This document shows positions 48,018-57,466 of a DNA stretch of 64,000 bases, piece after piece (positions within the stretch are counted from its first letter, which is position 1; each line of letters starts with the position of its first letter). The notes below the pieces were generated by a model. That model did no database searches, was not told where the DNA came from, and worked only from the letters and a program-made list of their open reading frames with translations. The stretch is taken from positions 32,001-96,000 of the IMG/VR virus record IMGVR_UViG_3300032331_000527; one strand, given 5' to 3'. This DNA comes from a virus. A program made the position numbers and the translations under genes.

Positions 48018-49900
48018 TAGTAGCTATACAACTTTGCTGTTGGTGTTAATATGGTAGCAGTTTGTCCTGTAGTATCAATGTTTGAAGCAGAAGCTAATAC
48101 TTTACCAGTTTTATCGTCAATGATATTAACATGGCTCTGAGAGATCAATAGAATCTGATTGCGAATCGGCTGAACATTTACCTCAACTGGTGCTACGATA
48201 ATAGAGATACCAGAATTTTCGAATGATGTAGGCAAGAAATTGTTAATAGTAACAACACCCGTATCGTAATCAACAGTTCCTGCGTTCGAAATAACGTATA
48301 CTCTACCTAATGTTGCAGCAGCAGATTTATAGTATGCACGAATTCTTCCATATCCATTATCATCGAAGAAGCATTCTTGTCCGCCATATACGAATGGTGA
48401 AGAAGTCAAGCAGCCATAAGCAACAGAGCTTCCTGCTCCATTTTTATCACCAAGTCTTTGAATCGCGCAGTTAAATTTAAGAGTATAAGTTCCTAGCATC
48501 AGAGTTGATGGTGTGAAGAGTTTCTTCAAACGAATATGTGCTGTCGTTGTTTGAAATGAATCGTTTCCTCCATCAATATAGCTCAAGAATCGCGAGAATC
48601 TAAAACTCTTTGAGAATGTGGAAAGATATGATTCTTCAAAAGCCATAATGCTATCCGCAACAACAGTTGCTAACTCGCCTGGAGTTAATGATGTTGCGTT
48701 CATGTTGTATCTCACATCAACGTATGGCACAATATACATGTATGTGGGATCAACGATTTGTGTATCAATCGATTGAACATTATACTTACGAATAGAATTT
48801 CTGATTTCGTCTTTGCGATTCTTAGAAAACAGAATACCGGATTTAGGTTTCGCGCATACGAATACTTTACCGTAGATAGGCGGATCGTTTTCTTCTCCAC
48901 CCCAAACACTAATAGCTTGAATGTCTGGGTTGTCGCGAAGAAGAATACGCTCGTAATCTGGCGCAGTCACAGAACGATTTTGTGTTTCATATCCTCGAGG
49001 AGCATTAAATCTTACTGATTCAATTCCTTCGATTTCAGCTCCACCAGATGAACGTCCGATTGAAGTCACGCGAATTGAAGATTGGCCGTCGATAGTAGGA
49101 TTGACAATAGAAAAACTATTTGCGCCGTTCGGAGCACTACCAGAACACACACGATAATCTATAGCGACGATACTATTCGTTGGTGGTTGTTTACCAAAAA
49201 TTCCGTCTCCGAAATATACCTTATAACGCTGTTGTCTATCAGCTTCTGTATAGAAAACTTGACTGCTGCTATTTACACTAAACACATCATCAACCAAAAT
49301 GTATGGCTGAACGTTACCAGAAGAAGTGACGGTCACAGAGATACTTGAAGTATCTACGTTATCATTTGGAAGGATGAATGCTGTGTTTGATGTACGATTA
49401 TAAACGTATCTGTGTATCAATGGTTGACCTTCAACAATACGAATATAATCAGCAAATCCTCCACTTGAATTTGCTGATATCGTATAAGTCTGTGGTGCCA
49501 CGAAATTGTAAAGAGAGTTGTTTACGATGGCACTGAAACGTGTATTCTTAGGGACACGAATCGAACGGAAAACACCATTCGATTGACTCATCGTAAAAGT
49601 GAGCTGAATGTTCGCGCTAGATCCGCGAGCGCTTGTGGGTGTGTATCCAAGCTTCTTCGCGTGCGAGACTACGCTATCATACTGCTGTGCTGTGTCAATG
49701 AACGACTCGTTAGTAGCCATATTGACATAGAAAGCATTATAGTATGTGTTGTATGCTAGAAGATCAAGCAGAGTTCCGATAGCCGAGTCATCCAGATCGT
49801 AATCTGTGAACTCTGGTTTAGAAGCGACGTAGTTGCGTAGATTACCACGAATCGTGTCGAAATCTAAGCCCGTTACAACGATATCTGTTTTCGCAGCCAT
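48017..49900 (-). CDS. gp6: Baseplate wedge subunit
   Basis: LDFDTIRGNL..LLDLLAYNTYY..NESFIDTA, FGDGIFGK, QNRSVTAPDY, VWGGEENDPPIYGKVF. Confidence 0.95.
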   Translation of the reverse strand: MAAKTDIVVTGLDFDTIRGNLRNYVASKPEFTDYDLDDSAIGTLLDLLAYNTYYNAFYVNMATNESFIDTAQQYDSVVSHAKKLGYTPTSARGSSANIQLTFTMSQSNGVFRSIRVPKNTRFSAIVNNSLYNFVAPQTYTISANSSGGFADYIRIVEGQPLIHRYVYNRTSNTAFILPNDNVDTSSISVTVTSSGNVQPYILVDDVFSVNSSSQVFYTEADRQQRYKVYFGDGIFGKQPPTNSIVAIDYRVCSGSAPNGANSFSIVNPTIDGQSSIRVTSIGRSSGGAEIEGIESVRFNAPRGYETQNRSVTAPDYERILLRDNPDIQAISVWGGEENDPPIYGKVFVCAKPKSGILFSKNRKDEIRNSIRKYNVQSIDTQIVDPTYMYIVPYVDVRYNMNATSLTPGELATVVADSIMAFEESYLSTFSKSFRFSRFLSYIDGGNDSFQTTTAHIRLKKLFTPSTLMLGTYTLKFNCAIQRLGDKNGAGSSVAYGCLTSSPFVYGGQECFFDDNGYGRIRAYYKSAAATLGRVYVISNAGTVDYDTGVVTINNFLPTSFENSGISIIVAPVEVNVQPIRNQILLISQSHVNIIDDKTGKVLASASNIDTTGQTATILTPTAKLYSY

Positions 49901-50319
49901 TAGCGGACCTTATTTAAGTTGACGTCTACTACAACGTCTGCAAGTGTAATTGCGTTGCGATAACTAATCGTAACGGAAAGAGAATTCATATCAGGATATT
50001 CTTTCACTGAAACAGAGAACGAATCTAATATAGCACGAGGCTCGTAGTTTTTGATAACAGTCTTAAGGCGCGATTCAAAGTCGGATCTATCAATGCTATC
50101 AAACAAATCGAAAAGGCGTCTACGGATATCTCCACCATACTCTGGGCGAAAAGGACGCTCATACTTATTCGTTAATATCAAATTTTTAAGAGCTTGCTTA
50201 ACGGCGTCATCATCTTTCTTAACGAGCAATTTACCCGTAGAAGGATGACTACGAAATGAAAGATCAAAATCCTTACTCGTTACCTTTTTTAGTGACGTTG
50301 GCAGAACTCTTTTTTGCAT
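49900..50319 (-). CDS. gp25: Baseplate wedge subunit / sheath initiator
   Basis: DFDLSF..HP..AVKQALKNLILTNKYERPFRPEYG..NYEPR. Confidence 0.92.
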   Translation of the reverse strand: MQKRVLPTSLKKVTSKDFDLSFRSHPSTGKLLVKKDDDAVKQALKNLILTNKYERPFRPEYGGDIRRRLFDLFDSIDRSDFESRLKTVIKNYEPRAILDSFSVSVKEYPDMNSLSVTISYRNAITLADVVVDVNLNKVR

Positions 50320-50337
50320 TTAGATATCCCTTTTTCT

Positions 50338-50345
50338 TATTTATT
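50338..50345 (-). promoter_or_regulatory. T4-type late promoter (AATAAATA)
   Basis: Intergenic, upstream of gp25. Confidence 0.65.
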
Positions 50346-50357
50346 CAGAAAAAAGTC

Positions 50358-50386
50358 TTGACAAGCGTCTACTTTACCATTATAAT
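50358..50386 (+). promoter_or_regulatory. Perfect sigma70 consensus promoter, antisense to the late genes
   Basis: TTGACA (50358-50363), 17-nt spacer, TATAAT (50381-50386), with an A-tract upstream. Confidence 0.85.
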
Positions 50387-50413
50387 AAGAATTGTATTCA
50401 ACGGGTCATAATA

Positions 50414-51916
50414 TCAACAATAAGTCTTATTCGCAGCTACATCAGCCGCAATTAATTGCTCGCGAGCAGCAGTTAGTTCATCATCCTCTTCGATAATACA
50501 CAAAGCTTCGAGTACGCTCATCGTAGGTTTGATTCTAGGATACTTTTTCGTTAATGTTTGATAGCTGCAAGAAGTGAGTTTTGTATAGTCAACCATTGCG
50601 AGTAGTTCTTGAGTATGCATCTCGACCTTAGCAGCCAAATCCATACGTTGCTGTTCGAGTTGAGCCATCTTCGTTTCACGACCATATCCTCCGCTACTCC
50701 AATTCACGGAGTTGGCATTACCGACAAGTTTATTTCCATATGAAGTAGCGGATGCCGACTTCGCAACTAATGGCGTCTGAGGAGCAATCGTAGCTTGCAT
50801 TCCCATAAACATAGATAATGGTTGCTTTAAGCTAGACATAGCTCCTGCTGCAGCTCCTTCAGCAAACAGATTCTTCATCTCGATTGGTTTCTTTGGCTTA
50901 GGAGGTTTAGCTGTTTTAACTGCATTCATAGCGTCCATAGTAGGTGTTCTTCCGGGCATTGGAAGAAGCTTTGACAATCCACCAGCGAGCGCCATATTAG
51001 GAACCATAGAACCTATATTAAATCCTGCGCCACCAAGAGCGCCTGTGATAGCACCAGCAACCATTTTTCCTGCGATGGCATTAACATTGATCATAGGAAA
51101 CTGCTGTTTGATCCCTGCTGCTTGTGCTGCGAATGCTATTGGATTACTAGCCATATCAGCTAAACTTGCAACCTGACTTTGCAAGCTAACAACATTCGCA
51201 AGAGCATCGGCTCCAGGTATGTCAGAAAGAAAACTTCCTCCGACTGATTTAAAAAGAGCAGAAGCTGGGCCGCTAATCATTCCTTGAAGTGTTGCTTTGA
51301 CAGAAACAATTTGATTCACAATATCTGCAGCACCATTCATCTTGAACGGAAGACTTTTCATCACACCACCAATAGCGCCTTTAACAGCTTCTACTGGTCC
51401 ATCTAATCCTGGAGGCATAAAACCAGAAGCGATTCCACCAAGAGCGCCACCAATTCCTCCTCCAAGAGCACCACTTAATACGCCACCAACAGAACCACTT
51501 AATGCTCCACCTAACGCAGCTCCTGCGCCAGCTCCGCTTAAAATATCACCAGCAAGTCCACCAACTGTATTACCCATAACGTCTTTAAGCGCTCCGCTAC
51601 TTACAGCAGCTTGCAATGCAGTAGCAACAGCTCCGCCAGCTAGTGCTGCTCCTATGTTTCCCGTGAGCGCATGCGAGATAGAAGGATCCATCTGAAATCT
51701 TGTTGGTGGTCTATATCCGAGTGGATCTGCCATCATATTTCTAGCGACTTCTAAATCAAGAAGTTCAGGATGATCGCGAGTTAACGTATCAATCTGATCC
51801 ATAATAACATCTAGACCAGTATATTGATAATCAACACAATTAATCGTAACAATAGTACCAGGAATGATGCCTGGATATGTTTGTGATAGCTGTGTGTCTA
51901 TTGTAAGTTGATCCAT
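50414..51916 (-). CDS. Gly/Ala/Met-rich hypothetical protein with glycine-zipper segments
   Basis: 500-aa ORF with GxxxG arrays (GAALGGALSGSVGGVLSGALGGGIGGALGG); lies between gp5-C and gp25. Confidence 0.65.
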   Translation of the reverse strand: MDQLTIDTQLSQTYPGIIPGTIVTINCVDYQYTGLDVIMDQIDTLTRDHPELLDLEVARNMMADPLGYRPPTRFQMDPSISHALTGNIGAALAGGAVATALQAAVSSGALKDVMGNTVGGLAGDILSGAGAGAALGGALSGSVGGVLSGALGGGIGGALGGIASGFMPPGLDGPVEAVKGAIGGVMKSLPFKMNGAADIVNQIVSVKATLQGMISGPASALFKSVGGSFLSDIPGADALANVVSLQSQVASLADMASNPIAFAAQAAGIKQQFPMINVNAIAGKMVAGAITGALGGAGFNIGSMVPNMALAGGLSKLLPMPGRTPTMDAMNAVKTAKPPKPKKPIEMKNLFAEGAAAGAMSSLKQPLSMFMGMQATIAPQTPLVAKSASATSYGNKLVGNANSVNWSSGGYGRETKMAQLEQQRMDLAAKVEMHTQELLAMVDYTKLTSCSYQTLTKKYPRIKPTMSVLEALCIIEEDDELTAAREQLIAADVAANKTYC

Positions 51917-51927
51917 TATTATACCTT

Positions 51928-52797
51928 TTAACTTGGCAGAGTTTTACCGACGGGAGCAATAAGACCAGCGGTATCTAGCTGTGTACCACCATCTGTTTTC
52001 GATAATACTTTACCACCAGCGCCTAAGATGATATCTGTTGTAGAAGAGAACACACCAGCTTTATATCCTTTAGACCAAATGAATACCGGCAGAGCACCTG
52101 TAGAAGTACATTGGATACAGTATGCGTCAGTGATAAACGTTCCTGTTTGTCCTGACATCTGAACTTGTTCAGCTGAAGTCAATCCTAGAATTCCACCAGC
52201 TCCAAGTCCAATCTGTCCAACAGCTACGATTTGATGCATCTTACCAGTGAGTGTAGCGTTGTCTCCTGAAACAGTTTGTGTGTTATCTCCACCGACAGTC
52301 TGATCTAGATCTTTGTTGATAGTGTCTATCTTCTTGCCGCCAGTGATTTCTTCGCGATCGCCAGATGTACGATGAGATGTTTTACCATTGACCTGTATAC
52401 GTTGATCTCCACCAGATTCAATGATATGCTTTCCAGAAGACTTAACACGGAACTCGCCGTGAGTTACAATTTCGTAATTACCTTTGACTTCGTGCTTTAG
52501 ATTTCCAGTGACGTGCATAATAGCATTTCCATCAACAGTGATATTGAAATCACCTCCAGAAATCTTTTCTACTTTACCTTTATTAAACCATTCTTGCGTC
52601 TCGCCTTGATTCTTGGCGATACGTGCTCCGTCGTCTTTAATTTCAATGAACGTACCAGAAGCATGATATATGTGGATGCGTCTGTCGCCTGGAGTATTAT
52701 CAAACTCAACTTTATGACCAGCTTCAGTCGTGTATGAGTGATTCCCAAGATACTGAGACTTATCGCCACCTGGATCTTGTTCTTTTTTCTTAGCCAT
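51928..52797 (-). CDS. gp5: Baseplate spike gp5, C-terminal beta-helix part (separate gene)
   Basis: YLGNHSYTTEAGHKVEFDNTPGDRRIHIYHASGTFIEI followed by 8-residue VxG repeats. Confidence 0.85.
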   Translation of the reverse strand: MAKKKEQDPGGDKSQYLGNHSYTTEAGHKVEFDNTPGDRRIHIYHASGTFIEIKDDGARIAKNQGETQEWFNKGKVEKISGGDFNITVDGNAIMHVTGNLKHEVKGNYEIVTHGEFRVKSSGKHIIESGGDQRIQVNGKTSHRTSGDREEITGGKKIDTINKDLDQTVGGDNTQTVSGDNATLTGKMHQIVAVGQIGLGAGGILGLTSAEQVQMSGQTGTFITDAYCIQCTSTGALPVFIWSKGYKAGVFSSTTDIILGAGGKVLSKTDGGTQLDTAGLIAPVGKTLPS

Positions 52798-52806
52798 TAT
52801 TCATCC

Positions 52807-53700
52807 TTATCCAAATACGCTACCGACGCCTGAATCGCCGGGATTATTTTCAATCAGTGCTTTAGTTTCATCTGGCGCTGCTCTCATTTCAGGTGTAGAA
52901 CTAGCAGCTTCAATTTCAGCAGAAGAAATGCTTGCTGGTTCAGGAGGAACATCTGGCACAGTTTCATTATATCCAGTATAGTTACCCATCTGATCATATA
53001 TTGGCGCACCTTGTTCCACTTTCGCAGACGCAAGATTATCTTGTGCTTCTTCTGCTTTAGCCGGTTCTATCTTATCTGGTTTGAGTGGAGTACCGCCCGA
53101 TGGATCTGTAGCTCCGAATGGATGTTTCTCAGGCGGAACAGGAATCTCGTCTACAGTTTGTTTTTTACTCTTAACGCGAGGATCCTCTTTACGTTCTTTA
53201 CTTCCTCGCGCAACAAGAGAAGTCGATGATTGATCATCTTGCGTCGGGTGTACTGATGGACTAGGTCCACCAACTCCACCATTACCAAACAGCGCTTCCA
53301 ATGCTCCCATCAATGCAGCAACAGTAGCAGCTTTTTGTTTTAATTTTGTCTTACTTGGTCCTTTAGGATTATATACAGGAGGAAGAATCGTTAGTTCGTT
53401 TTTTGATGTGTCTGTGTCAACAGTCTGATTTGTGTTGATATCATAGATGTTGGCTTCTACCTCATATGTTCCAGGAAACATTGGAGTATCGATATGCAAT
53501 TTCCATTTGTATAATCCAGGATATGTCGTATTTTCTAAACCTAGATTTCCTTCAAACAAATAATATGCGTTGTAATTGACAATGATCTCTAGGTCTTCGA
53601 ATGCATTGCCTAAATCATCAAATCTAGTAAATGCTGCGAACCCCGTAATCGTAGGCACGTTGTTAGCAGTTGTCATTTTTCTTACAGTTATTCTAGCCAT
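52807..53700 (-). CDS. Hypothetical protein with N-terminal Ig-like domain and low-complexity C-terminus
   Basis: NNVPTITG..WKLHI..PGTYEVEA pattern; coupled to gp5-N by a TAATG overlap. Confidence 0.55.
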   Translation of the reverse strand: MARITVRKMTTANNVPTITGFAAFTRFDDLGNAFEDLEIIVNYNAYYLFEGNLGLENTTYPGLYKWKLHIDTPMFPGTYEVEANIYDINTNQTVDTDTSKNELTILPPVYNPKGPSKTKLKQKAATVAALMGALEALFGNGGVGGPSPSVHPTQDDQSSTSLVARGSKERKEDPRVKSKKQTVDEIPVPPEKHPFGATDPSGGTPLKPDKIEPAKAEEAQDNLASAKVEQGAPIYDQMGNYTGYNETVPDVPPEPASISSAEIEAASSTPEMRAAPDETKALIENNPGDSGVGSVFG

Positions 53701-54086
53701 TATGCAACACTCGATCCTGGAGCATTAGAACCAGCTTCTTCTTTCTGCTGAATGTGTGGGAGAACACCAAATACGATAGGCACTTGTCCTCCGTCTCCAT
53801 CCATGAAAAATCCAACGACTTTGCTTTGCTCAACGATTCCTGTTGGACTAGAACCAACTCCACTAATTCCGCCAGAAGTTGTGGGCATCAATGTGTAGCA
53901 CCATGGCAGATCTTTCGTTGGAAGATCACTCTTATTATCCGTGTGCTTACCTTTAATGCGTACCTTCATTCTTCCGATACATAAATTATCAGGTTCTCCT
54001 GAAAATTGACCTGTTCCACGATCTTCGACAACACCGACCCACCACTTTAGGCCTTCTTGTCCCATTACTGTGCCTTCTTCAGCCAT
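53700..54086 (-). CDS. gp5: Baseplate spike gp5, N-terminal OB-fold part (separate gene)
   Basis: WWVGVVEDR..GRMKVRIKGKH..LPTKDLPW..VVGFFMDG..QVPIVFG. Confidence 0.9.
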   Translation of the reverse strand: MAEEGTVMGQEGLKWWVGVVEDRGTGQFSGEPDNLCIGRMKVRIKGKHTDNKSDLPTKDLPWCYTLMPTTSGGISGVGSSPTGIVEQSKVVGFFMDGDGGQVPIVFGVLPHIQQKEEAGSNAPGSSVA

Positions 54087-55342
54087 TACTTAGCAACTCC
54101 CGAATTACCTGATGATGAAGATTTATTTTTTGAATCGCTCTTGCATTCCATAATAACCTCGTATTTCAAATCCTTATCGTCTTTATAAATCACGTGTCTC
54201 ACCTGTGTCACGAGATACGTACCAGAACGCTTATCTAACTCTCTTCCTTCACTGTTACCAGGAATATTGAGTTTCACTTTAGATCCTGGTTTGTAGCTTG
54301 TGTTTCCAGGAACACGAATAGTCATTATCATATTATCTAGCTGATTTGCAGCAGAGCTTTGAGCAGCATGCTCCGCTATGTTTCTTTTATTTTCAGAAAT
54401 TTTTGGATCGCGTGAGTCTCTGAATTTGCTCTTGGCTTGACCTGGAGCAACAACGAAATTGAAACGCTCTCCGATAGCTGATTTGCTATCTTTCGTTATC
54501 TTATCCGAACCAGTGTGAGTAGTATCGCCTGCTCCATCACGTTTACCTTTAGGAGGAGAGTCGATCTTACCTACTGTTGGATCGTAATAATACCAGTGAT
54601 CAGATTCTGCTCCGTTGTAAGAAGCTTCCATTTTATCAAAATCTTTCTTCTGATCGAACGCTATAATTTTCTTAGAGTCATCTGCTCCGCCAGCATCACC
54701 AATATTCTGCGAAGAATAACTGAGTTCGACAGGAGAGCCCCCCGCGGCTAACATAGCATCTAGCGTCTTGAAATAATATCCTTCGCGATCTTGATAGTAG
54801 ACATAGTTCGATGCTTTAGCCTTCGCAGATTTCGCTTCTTTAGCTCCCCAACGAATAGCTGATATCGGACCTTTGCCTGTTCCGTGATATGCAGCATTTC
54901 CTTCAGTTTCTTCGTTGTCAACAAGACTCTTTTTTAGAGTAGTTGATTCTTTAGTATATTCTTCGTGCCAGTCTTTAACCATATCAGAGATCTTTTTATC
55001 TTTGTATGCTTTACTGACTGCTTTCTTATTGTTATCTGCGAACTCAGACGAAGCGCAAGTCATGAGGAACATATCTTGGTTTTCTTTCACGCGAACGCGA
55101 TCGCCAACAATAAGAGATTTCATTTTAACATTGATACCACTCCCATTAGCACGATCACCGAATGAGATTTCTACGTCGTCGCCAACCTTCATCTCCGTAC
55201 CACTCGCGTCGTTGAGAGTAATATTCGCAGAAATCGTAGGAGAATTGATACTCTCAAAATATTCTAGCATGTAGAAGATACCTTTGATATCAGTTCCACC
55301 TACTGTTAATTTTGAGATATTACCGCCGCCGGTATCACTCAT
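54086..55342 (-). CDS. Baseplate hub protein (gp27-like)
   Basis: LEYFESINSPTISANITLND, YVYYQDREGYYFKTLD, IRVPGN, SGTYLVTQVRH; lies between gp53 and gp5. Confidence 0.72.
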   Translation of the reverse strand: MSDTGGGNISKLTVGGTDIKGIFYMLEYFESINSPTISANITLNDASGTEMKVGDDVEISFGDRANGSGINVKMKSLIVGDRVRVKENQDMFLMTCASSEFADNNKKAVSKAYKDKKISDMVKDWHEEYTKESTTLKKSLVDNEETEGNAAYHGTGKGPISAIRWGAKEAKSAKAKASNYVYYQDREGYYFKTLDAMLAAGGSPVELSYSSQNIGDAGGADDSKKIIAFDQKKDFDKMEASYNGAESDHWYYYDPTVGKIDSPPKGKRDGAGDTTHTGSDKITKDSKSAIGERFNFVVAPGQAKSKFRDSRDPKISENKRNIAEHAAQSSAANQLDNMIMTIRVPGNTSYKPGSKVKLNIPGNSEGRELDKRSGTYLVTQVRHVIYKDDKDLKYEVIMECKSDSKNKSSSSGNSGVAK

Positions 55343-55932
55343 CGAACGTATTCACCTTCGTTGAAAATATATGGATGTTGATCTTTAATGAGTGCTAGAT
55401 AATTCAAATCTAGAAGATATATATGACGACGATTTTCGTTAAGATTCATTTCGTAGTCATATACAGAAATCGTTTTTCTTTCAGGATATGTGAGAGACGC
55501 CCAAGTAGTGTAATCAATCACAAGGGTTTTTTCGGGAAGCAACTGTCTTCCTGCAGTAGTCTGAACTTCTTGTGCGGCTTGAATTATCTTTTCGTAATGA
55601 TGAGTCGTTTTCATCGCTTCGGAAACGCTGCCATATTTCTGCTTGATATAATTTTGAAATTCTGTGTATCCTAATACCCAATCAAAATACGGATCTTGAA
55701 TTTCATTCGTAAGAAGAATAAGCCAATCCATAGTTTCGTCGCCGTAATAATCATACGCAACAGTATCAGGACGCTCTCCGTCTTGAACATAGTATTCGTC
55801 GAAAGTCACGTTTGCGTTGAAAAGAAAATTCGCAATAGAAAATCTGCGTGTTATGTCAGTGACATTAACAACTTCATTTCTACCAGGAGTACGATACGAA
55901 ACAGTAGGATAAGGTCTGAAAAATAATGCCAT
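55339..55932 (-). CDS. gp53: Baseplate wedge subunit (LysM-like)
   Basis: FFRPYPTVSY, YYVQDGERPDTVAYDYYG..WLILLTN..DPYFDW, YEMNLNENRRHI. Confidence 0.92.
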   Translation of the reverse strand: MALFFRPYPTVSYRTPGRNEVVNVTDITRRFSIANFLFNANVTFDEYYVQDGERPDTVAYDYYGDETMDWLILLTNEIQDPYFDWVLGYTEFQNYIKQKYGSVSEAMKTTHHYEKIIQAAQEVQTTAGRQLLPEKTLVIDYTTWASLTYPERKTISVYDYEMNLNENRRHIYLLDLNYLALIKDQHPYIFNEGEYVR

Positions 55933-55934
55933 GA

Positions 55935-56969
55935 TTATCTTCCTGTGCCAGGTGGTTGTGTAGGTCTAACTGCTACAGCTGCTTGATCCGGAACATTAAT
56001 TTTAATATTTCTTTGGAACGTCGCAGGCCCTGCATCAGATCCCATAGGTTTAGGGTTAAGACTATTCTTCGTGATGATTTCTGTTTCCATCATAGTAAAT
56101 GAGAATTCTACTTCTGCTGGAGCAGGCGTATCAGAAGGATTGTCTGTGCTATTATAAGCAGCATATCCTTGTGGATGATAGTTCACGCGAACGTCTTTAC
56201 ACACAGAAGGTTGAAATTCAAAAAGATAATCAGGATGTTTAAACTTTATATCAAAAAACTCAGGATACTTAAAGAACATTCCACCAGCAATATATTCAGG
56301 ATGTGAATAGTATGTGAACATATCAATAATAGCTTTGATTGCGTCCGATTCTCTACGATTTCTAGGTGAGAAACGCCAGCTGAATTGATGCTCGCGGAAA
56401 TTAACACCAGTGAACAAAACGATCTTGTGTGGATTTTGAGCAAGCCCAGCAGCAACTTTTAATGCAGCGGCTGCGGTTGGGCCTGTTGTGTCTAGCGTAA
56501 CACCCGCTGACTTAGCAGCCGCTCCAATAGCTGCTGCTCCAAGTCCTGCCATAGCCGCTCCAGCTTCAGCTGATTTAGGAATATCAGTATTTCCGTACAT
56601 AGCTCTATCAAATGGTTTTAGAACACCACCTGCCGCTGTTCCTAGAGATTCTGAAGTATAGTCTGGATGATAATTCGTAGAAAGATTAGATGGCATAGGT
56701 AGATATATAGAGCCACTATCAACTTGCTGTCCGATACTTGCACCTACACCATTAGTTGAATGTGCTGTGAACTGAATCCAATGCCCTAGTTGTCCAAGAT
56801 CTAATGGAAATCTCATCGTAGCACCTTTAAATGGATCAGGAGCTATGTTTGTTCCTACCAAAGAAGCTAACGCAAGTCCACCAAACGCAGCAGCTGAGCC
56901 ACCGAGAATCAATGCTTTGCTTCCGGCTGTTAGTCTACGAGTTGCTAATAGTGCTGCTCCGCCTGCCAT
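55935..56969 (-). CDS. gp48: Baseplate tail tube cap
   Basis: MRFPLDL, IYLPMP, NPHKIVLFTGVNFREHQFSWRFSPRN..ES, FKYPEFFDI, ETEIITK. Confidence 0.88.
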   Translation of the reverse strand: MAGGAALLATRRLTAGSKALILGGSAAAFGGLALASLVGTNIAPDPFKGATMRFPLDLGQLGHWIQFTAHSTNGVGASIGQQVDSGSIYLPMPSNLSTNYHPDYTSESLGTAAGGVLKPFDRAMYGNTDIPKSAEAGAAMAGLGAAAIGAAAKSAGVTLDTTGPTAAAALKVAAGLAQNPHKIVLFTGVNFREHQFSWRFSPRNRRESDAIKAIIDMFTYYSHPEYIAGGMFFKYPEFFDIKFKHPDYLFEFQPSVCKDVRVNYHPQGYAAYNSTDNPSDTPAPAEVEFSFTMMETEIITKNSLNPKPMGSDAGPATFQRNIKINVPDQAAVAVRPTQPPGTGR

Positions 56970-56996
56970 ATTTGGTATTCCTTTCGTTCTTCCATC

Positions 56997-57004
56997 TATT
57001 TATA
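56997..57004 (-). promoter_or_regulatory. T4-type late promoter (TATAAATA)
   Basis: Exact consensus in the divergent gp48/gp4 spacer. Confidence 0.8.
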
Positions 57005-57019
57005 TCATACATAGTGGGC

Positions 57020-57466
57020 ATGGCTACTTACAAAGGTCGATTCCAACCAAAGAACCCCCAGAAATATAAAGGAGATCCTACTAAGATCGTTTACAGATCA
57101 TCGTGGGAACTTCGTTTCATGGCGTATCTTGACACTAACTCCAACATCATTCAATGGGCTTCTGAAGAGTTGTTCATTCCATATAAGTCACCCATAGATG
57201 GGAAGTGGCATCGTTATTTCCCAGATTTCATCATACGCATGCGTGACAAAGACGGCAACGTAGTCGTCAAGATGATTGAAATCAAACCTAGAGCGCAGTC
57301 GATTCCTCCTACTCCAAAAGGAAATGGTTCTAAACCAACGAAGAAGTATCTTCGCGAAGTCGCAACTTTTGGAATAAATAGTGCTAAGTGGCACGCTGCT
57401 AAGGATTATTGTGATGATCGTAAGTGGCAGTTCGTTGTGTTGACGGAAAAGGAACTCGGACTTTAA
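57020..57466 (+). CDS. gp4: Head completion nuclease (TnsA-like)
   Basis: Probable start MATYKGRFQPKNPQKYKGD; YRSSWE, WASEE, HRYFPDF, EIKP, KWHAA. Confidence 0.93.
   Translation: MATYKGRFQPKNPQKYKGDPTKIVYRSSWELRFMAYLDTNSNIIQWASEELFIPYKSPIDGKWHRYFPDFIIRMRDKDGNVVVKMIEIKPRAQSIPPTPKGNGSKPTKKYLREVATFGINSAKWHAAKDYCDDRKWQFVVLTEKELGL

Noticed and set aside
56831-57019. 63-aa N-terminal extension of gp4 in the ORF track
   Set aside because: It overlaps gp48 on the opposite strand; gp4 homology begins at MATYKG (57020).
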